From: the human T2T-CHM13v2.0 reference genome, Homo sapiens
Assembly (NCBI RefSeq): GCF_009914755.1
Contig: NC_060925.1
Length of the DNA: 64,000 nucleotides
Reading direction: 5' to 3' (one strand)
Shown here: in pieces, positions 30,634 through 64,000 of the stretch
How the letters are laid out: each line of letters begins with the position of its first letter
Position numbering within the stretch: position 1 is the stretch's first letter
Notes under the pieces: generated by a model
The model's database searches: none
The model's input: the letters and a program-made list of their open reading frames with translations, nothing else
What the model was told of the DNA's origin: nothing
Translations under genes and position numbers: made by a program

Positions 30634-31010
30634 TGTTTTGGGCTGAATGGTGCCCCCCAAAATTCACATGCTGCAGTCCGCACCCGCAGGACCTCAGAAT
30701 GTGATTGTAACTGGAGAGAGGGTCTTTATAGAGGAGACTGGATTAAAATGAGGTCATACAGGTAGACTCTTATCCAATATGACTGCTCTCCTTACAAAAA
30801 GAGGGGATTAGGGCACAGGAGGGAAGAGCATGTGTGCAGAGGGAAAAGCACATGCAGGCGCTGGGAGAAGACAGCCATCAGTGAGGACAAAGGCTCCAGA
30901 AGAACCAATCCTGCCCAACACTCTCCAGAACTGTGAGAAAATAAATTTTCCACTTTTTAAGCCACCCAGTCTGTGGTACTTTGTCATAGTAGCTCCTGCT
31001 GACTAACTTA
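30634..31010 (+). mobile_element. MLT1B/C-type LTR about 40 bp from the NVL terminal-exon acceptor
   Basis: tgttttgggctgaatggtgcccccca...gacctcagaatgtgatt...ccagaactgtgagaaaataaatt...ctgtggtactttgt. Confidence 0.85.
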
Positions 31011-31227
31011 CTGTTGAAGAGAGGTGATATTTTACCTTCCTGCATCTAAATCCTAATCTAAATCCTACACATGCTCCTTTCCACAGGGGACTCCATGACA
31101 TTCACAATCGTTGACTCAAGTTTTCCTAAAAAATCAGGTCAAGAGTCTTATGTCTATCTAATTAGTGAAGAAAGCACAATTCTAAACTACACTGAATCCA
31201 GATGGAAAGGAGGCAAAGGCAGAAGCT

Positions 31228-34087
<2,860 letters not shown>

Positions 34088-34112
34088 TCATATCTACTGG
34101 TCTAAAATTCTA

Positions 34113-34271
<159 letters not shown>

Positions 34272-34667
34272 TTAGAACTTAACTTCCTTTGAAAGACTTC
34301 AAAACTTTCAAGGGGTCCACTAAAGAGATCAGTGATGAGATGGGCTCTGTTCTTTTTCAGAACAGTATTCTAGCCAGATATATTCTGCTCATCAGATTTT
34401 AATCCAAAACCACCCAAAGAGATCTGCCACTCATAAGTTGGTAACTTTTTGTAGGCCTCTTTGCATTGTTTAACTTAATGGTGATGCCTATGAACAAGAG
34501 CCAGAATTATTCAGATAATTCAAATAAATGTAACTGGAATAGAAAGTAGGATTCCATAGTATTAATATTTAAGAGTATGCAACACACAATGAGATCTTAT
34601 GGAGCCATAATATCATAGAATATTTTATATATAATATATCTCAGCACTGGTTTAGAAGGGAGCTTTA

Positions 34668-38888
<4,221 letters not shown>

Positions 38889-39284
38889 GCCGGAGGGGGC
38901 ATTGTCTCTGTTAGTTAAACTTGAGTTTCATTTCCTCCCTCTGTGTCCCCAAATTGGGAAAGTTAACAAACAAATTTACTTCAAAACATATGAAGAAAAA
39001 CTAATAACTGTAACAACACAAACATAGGAAGGATGAAGGCAGAAATGTCAGATTTCCTGATGTTACTACAGGCTATGTGGAGGTGAAAATGCATCCTGAG
39101 GGCTGCAAAATGTGGCACTTGTAGATTAGTCTCTTTTAAATGCTGACGCACCAGTACAATTTGTAAAGGACAGCAGTGCTGGTTAGGGTAGGTTAAGTAC
39201 CAAGAGTCAACATATGAAAGGACTCCCCTGTTCCCAGGAATTCCTTCAGGGCCTCCAAATGTGCAGTCTCTTCTCTAAGAAGGG

Positions 39285-39418
39285 AGATGCCAGACACTTT
39301 ATGTGCTTCATGGGATACCTCATTTAATCCTCCCAACAATCTGCTGAGGTGAGCATCATCACCCCTCATTTTATAGATGAGGAAATTGAACCCCAGAGAG
39401 TGAATTGACTTAAGATTT
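39285..39418 (+). mobile_element. MIR immediately downstream of the exon 20 donor
   Basis: ctcatttaatcctcccaacaatc...cattttatagatgaggaaattga. Confidence 0.8.
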
Positions 39419-39428
39419 AAACACTTAC

Positions 39429-39505
39429 GTATAGCAATCACAGCGAAGGTCACCAGCAATTGCTTCCAAATTTACATCTGCATCCAGTGGTGGTTTGGTA
39501 CCATT
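39429..39505 (-). CDS. NVL: NVL coding exon (probably exon 20): NGTKPPLDADVNLEAIAGDLRCDCY(T)
   Basis: cttag|AATGGT...TATAC|gtaagt; 77 nt; phase 0 start matches preceding exon. Confidence 0.96.
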
Positions 39506-39526
39506 CTAAGTAAGAGAGAAAAATGA

Positions 39527-50000
<10,474 letters not shown>

Positions 50001-50085
50001 GAGCCAACGAAAGGGAGAGAAGATGCTATGATGCAGTCATCATCAAGCTTGTTTGATGCAAAGAAATAAGTATATGCAACCAAAG

Positions 50086-50892
<807 letters not shown>

Positions 50893-52449
50893 AAACTAAA
50901 GCAACATGTTTTCATGGCTTTGACCACCAGCTATGTCCTGAAGACAGACAAAACTATAGCCCAGCCAGAGGACTCTCCTGAACTCCCAACCACAGACCCA
51001 ACATCCTGCTCAACTTTTCCACTTGATAGTGCCCAGGCACCTGAAACTCAGAGAGCTCATCTCCCAGACCTCTAATCCTGGTAGATGCCACCAGCTGCAC
51101 AAGCTGCAAATTCATCTACCTTTTCCTTTAACTCCCAACTCTACAGTTAATCCAACGTCCTACTAATTAAAACCTTTAAACAGTTCTCATGTCTATATCT
51201 TCTTTGTTATTCCCGTGATAATGCCTTAGTTCGTTATTTTTTCTTTTTCATTGATGTTTCTCAGTCATATTGCCTTAGTTCTAACATGCTTAATTTCATA
51301 ACTTTTACTTTACTGGCTTCCAAGCTATTTTCCATACTGTGCATCAATAGAATCTTTCTACCCTACAAAGATGATCATTCTTCTGTTCTCATCTGCCCTG
51401 TTCTCCCTCCTCGGGGTGATTTTTAGGAACATTGCTAAAGGCAGTTTTAAGTAACGATGGCCCAGTGAGGCAGGATCACAGAATCTTCCTTTGTCAGCAT
51501 CAAAAGAATACTAAAAAAAGTTAAACAATTTACCAGTAGCAACCAAAGAAAGGGGTAAACCTTCATGCTGCAAATGTTGAAAAGTGGGTGCGAAGAGAAA
51601 ATTTGAAAGTGGCTGATAATTAGGCGTCCATTCCTGGGAAGGAGTATTGAAGAAAGAAGGTAAGTTAACAAAATCTTGTGATGTCTATTAATATTCCAAG
51701 CTGGAGACAAGCAGCCTGAGGAGAAGATAGCTCTAGAAAAAGTTAGACACACACAATCAAGGGATTTCAGCAGATTCAGGAAGAACTGCCAAGGTATGCC
51801 ACTTTCCAGGGAGCTGGACAGAACTGGGTACAATCCCATGGGAGTGGGACAGCTCCCATGGGGGGAGGTATCTCCAACTGGATGGAGAGAGCGGGTCCAG
51901 GTACAAGTGATTTCATCCCCAGAAGGATTAACACCACCAGCTTAGCTCCCTCTCCCATCCCAAGGCTATAGAAATGTAGAAACAAAGCACTTCTACAGAC
52001 CTCAAAATGTGATGTGTGAAGGGCAGAAAAACTAGTTCCAGGTAGTGAGAAGTGGGATGACAGAAGTCATTCAATTTTTTTTTTTGAGAGAGGGTCTTGG
52101 TCTGTTACCCAGGCTTGAGTGCAGTAGCACGATCTTGGCTGACTGCAACCTCCACTTCTTGGGCTCAAGGGATTCTCCAGCCTCAGCCAGGCATGAGCCA
52201 TTGAAGTCCAGCTAATTTTTGTATTTTTTGTAGAGATGGGGTTTCCCCATGTTTCCCAGGCTGATCTTGAACTCCTGAGGTCAAAGCAATCCACCTGCCT
52301 TGGCTTCCCAAAGTGCTGGGATGACAGGTGTGAGCCAACGTGTTTGGCCCACTTATTTATTTATTTTTAAATATAGGGTCTTGCGGGGTCTGGTGCGGTG
52401 GCTCACGCCTGTAATCCCAGCACTTTGGGAGGCCGAGGCGGGTGGATCA

Positions 52450-52754
<305 letters not shown>

Positions 52755-53090
52755 TCAAGCAATCCTTCCACCTAAGCCTTCTGAGTACATGGTCCCACAG
52801 GTGGGTGCCACCATATCTGGCTAATTTTTTCTATCTTTTGTAGAGACAGAGTCTCAGTATATTGCCCAGGCTGGTACCAAACTCCTGGGTTCACCTCGCC
52901 CTCCCAAAGTGCCAGTTTCTCCAAAAGTTTCTACTCCATTTCAAATATGATCTGATGTAAATTATTTTAAAGTAATAATCGAAGATCAGTTCACCTTCCC
53001 TTTGGGAGATATAGGCTGGGCAAACACAGCTACAGAAAAGAAAGTAATCAGTCAACGAAAATTACTACCTCTTATAACTGTCTCTATTTA

Positions 53091-53412
<322 letters not shown>

Positions 53413-53464
53413 TGAGTAGCTAAGACTATAGATGCATGCTACCATGCCTGGCTAATTTTTTTTC

Positions 53465-53740
53465 TTTTACTTACTTTAATTAATTAATTAATTTTTATTT
53501 CAATAGGTTTTTGGGGAACAGGTGGTGTCTGGTTACATGAGTAAGTTATTTGGTGGTGATTTCTGAGATTTTGGTGCACCCATCACTGGAGCAGCATATA
53601 CTGTACCCAGTGTGCAGTCTTTTATCCCTCAACCGCTCCCACTCTTTCCCTCGAGTCCACAAAAGTCCACTGTATCATTCTTATGCTTTGTGTCCTCATA
53701 GCTTAGCTCCCACTTATGAGTGAGCACATAAGATGTTTGG
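53465..53740 (-). mobile_element. 5'-truncated L1PB 3' end inserted into an AluJ linker
   Basis: caataggtttttggggaacaggtggtg...ctcatagcttagctcccacttatgagtgag; TSD ctgg(c/t)taatttt. Confidence 0.85.
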
Positions 53741-53761
53741 CTGGTTAATTTTTTATTTTTA

Positions 53762-54299
<538 letters not shown>

Positions 54300-54399
54300 T
54301 CATCAAAATACATCTCTTCGGCTATGCATGGTGGCAGATCACCTGAGGTCAGGAGTTTGAAACCAGCCTGGCCAACATGGTGAAACCCTGTGCCTACTA

Positions 54400-54561
<162 letters not shown>

Positions 54562-54609
54562 TCAAAAACAATAACAAAAAAACAAAACATGTCCTTAAGT
54601 AAATGAAAA

Positions 54610-55200
54610 GTCCACCCCACCTTCCGGCCCCAAACTGCTCTTCTTCCAGGATTCCCTATCTCAGATAATGATCACCACACCACTCCACCCCACCCTACCT
54701 CCCAAATACCAGGCAGGTTTCTCCCTTCCCTCTAACCAATTTCCATCAAGCATTCCTCTGATTACGTCAACCCTCAGTAAAGGCAAAATGTGAGTCCTCC
54801 TAAATGGTCCTGCCTCTAGACTTCCTCTCTCTGGGCCTCTTTACAATGCCGCTAGTGTTATTGTCCTAAAATACACGTCCAATTCTCTCAAATTCCGCTC
54901 CCACTGCAGAATGAATCCTCCAGCTGTCACTATGGCAGGAAATCCCTTTAGGATCTGACCATCTTCCTTTCTGGTTTTATTCTTCCTACACATTCTTCCA
55001 ACTCCCACGCCCTGTTTACACCAGATCTCTTGCTGTTCCCTAAACAATCCAGAAGCTTCTTGCCTTCTCTGTGCTCTCAGTGGTTCCCTTCCCTGAAGTG
55101 CCTCCCTCCTCATTTATACCTGTGGGAATTCTCAAAGGACACCTCTTTCAGGAAGTTTTCCTTGAGTCCCCCCAGATAAACTCTCTCACCTTCCTTTGTG
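54610..55200 (+). mobile_element. L2 internal fragment
   Basis: caaactgctcttcttccaggattccctatctcag...cacctctttcaggaagttttccttga. Confidence 0.6.
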
Positions 55201-55759
55201 CTTGCCAGACCCTTGGTATCAGGAGCACAGAGCAAGCCCCATACCTGAAGCTCATTTTGACCATTCCTGACTCCTCCACAAAGACCCCATTTTTAATAAA
55301 ATCACATCATTTCCAACAGTCCCTTAACCATTAATATGAGGGTTCTTATAGCTCACAATGTTCAGACACAGGCTATAATTAATGAGATTCACGTTTCTAA
55401 TAAACCTACTAAGACTTAACCAATGAGTTACTCCTCTACAAAGAGGTAAATTATTATTATTCCCTTTTTAGCTAAAATTCCAAACCTGTTAGATGTTGTT
55501 CTTTAACCACCTTATGGAACCCATATACTTATTATTCAATGGTTTCATCACTATTCAGCACATTGTTGGAATTCTCTCTTGGAATGCTAGGATTCCATAC
55601 TTGGAAATAGGAAAGAATATTACTGCATAACACTTTCAATATCATACTAGAGCATGGTTCAACAAGCCTAAGGGTCTTCTGACTCTACAGAGCAGAGGTT
55701 GTCAAATATTCATGTCTCAGAATCCCTTTGCACTCTTAAAAATTATTGAGGACTCCTTT

Positions 55760-59400
<3,641 letters not shown>

Positions 59401-59669
59401 TTAAAGCCAGTTCTACATGCCCCAAGGTAAAGGGGAATACTGATGATAATTATAAAGCATTCTTAGTTTGGGAGTCCTATAATCACTTAACATCTCTGAC
59501 AAATATCACACTTAATATTATGCAGTTTATTATTTTAATAAGTTATTTACAGTAAAAGGCATTCTGGACACTTTATATAAATTTTAGTATTAGATGACTT
59601 AAACTACACTTCACTAAAGGCTCCTGCAAGATTCTATGTATTACATCATTAGAAATGAGATGCTAATCT

Positions 59670-59935
59670 CTTCCTAGCTCTTCCCTAAACAGGCCCCTAC
59701 CATTGTCTTTCCCGTCTTAGTTAATGTGAACTCATTCTCCCGGTTTTTCAGGCCCAGACCTTGGAGCCATGCTTGATTCCACTTTCCCACATCCTTAACT
59801 ACTCCATTAGCAAATCAGGTCAACCCTATGACACAATATATTCAGATTCTTTCTACATCCACAGCTATCACCCGGCTCAAACCACCACCACCTTGCACCT
59901 GCATTATTCTTACAGCTTCCCAACTGGTTCCCTAT
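59670..59935 (+). mobile_element. L2 fragment next to the miR-320b-2 insertion
   Basis: caggcccagaccttggagccatgcttgattcc...cacctgcattatt...agcttcccaactggt. Confidence 0.65.
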
Positions 59936-60065
59936 CTAATTATGTCAGAGACAGAATTCTTTTTTTTTCCTTTTGCCCTCTCAACCCAGCTTTTCCCAAC
60001 TTTGGGAAATCTGGGAAGAGAAAGCCTAAGAGACAGAATTCTTAGGTAGAAGACAAAAAATAACA
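59928..60065 (-). ncRNA. MIR320B2: MIR320B2 stem-loop; mature miR-320b AAAAGCUGGGUUGAGAGGGCAA at 59994-59973, in an NVL intron, same strand
   Basis: Plus strand TTGCCCTCTCAACCCAGCTTTT is the exact reverse complement of miR-320b; partner arm GCTTTCTCTTCCCAG lies upstream on the minus strand. Confidence 0.92.
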
Positions 60066-60339
60066 ATTCTGATATTTACAATAAAAATGGCACTAACAAT
60101 CCCAGCACTTTAAAGAGAAAGTCCATTCACTCACAAATGAGATGGTTGCCTGAAAAAGAACCCTCCTTTCATCTGTTGATAAGCAGCACCTACTGTTCTT
60201 TATCAAGCACCTACCTCCCCTCAAAAAAGCTATTACAGCTTGCCATGGGTAAAAAACATTAATTAAAAAAGAAAAAAAAAGTTAAAATTGAGAGGTAACA
60301 GTAGCAACTTTTAACTTTAGGAAAACATTATTTTGTTAT

Positions 60340-62450
<2,111 letters not shown>

Positions 62451-62547
62451 GAATCCTCAGACTAGCAACACTATAAATATATCCACTGAAAATAATTACA
62501 AGATCAGACAACCTTCATGAAATAGGTTTCTACTCATGATTCATTAA

Positions 62548-64000
<1,453 letters not shown>

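Noticed and set aside
30480-30683. 67-aa minus ORF over the last NVL exon (…IKSCMNVCRSPSAG…)
   Set aside because: It starts in the intronic MLT1 LTR and is out of frame with NVL; its exonic part would be used only if exons 21 and 22 were both skipped, for which I have no evidence

Overview
Human (primate) genomic DNA, roughly half Alu by eye, with older MIR, L2, L1M, MLT1, MER4 and hAT fossils. The right half holds the last five coding exons of NVL (nuclear VCP-like AAA+ ATPase, NVL2) on the minus strand: 53242-53136, 39505-39429, 36212-36124, 34219-34149 and 30591-30547. They splice with GT-AG sites and consistent phases into ...[14 protein letters not shown]...YERLQESLSR*, and the 3'UTR has AATAAA signals at about 30283-30313. 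From memory this is chr1q42, downstream of DEGS1, and these are exons 19-23; exon numbers below follow that recollection. Positions 1-30 kb have no protein-coding gene I can support, and nearly all ORFs in the supplied track are Alu translation artefacts. The most interesting element is MIR320B2 (about 59.9-60.07 kb). It looks like an L1-mediated retrocopy of the capped pre-miR-320a hairpin, with a 15-bp target-site duplication (TSD), an A tail and CpG decay, so it may preserve the ends of a non-canonical miRNA precursor. Other leads are a candidate poison exon, an in-frame microexon, stem-loops at the NVL stop codon, an in-frame exon 20-22 circle, Alu inversion/repair scars and an AP-1/NFI composite site. 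I found no wholly new coding system. Repeat boundaries and subfamily calls are by eye and approximate.
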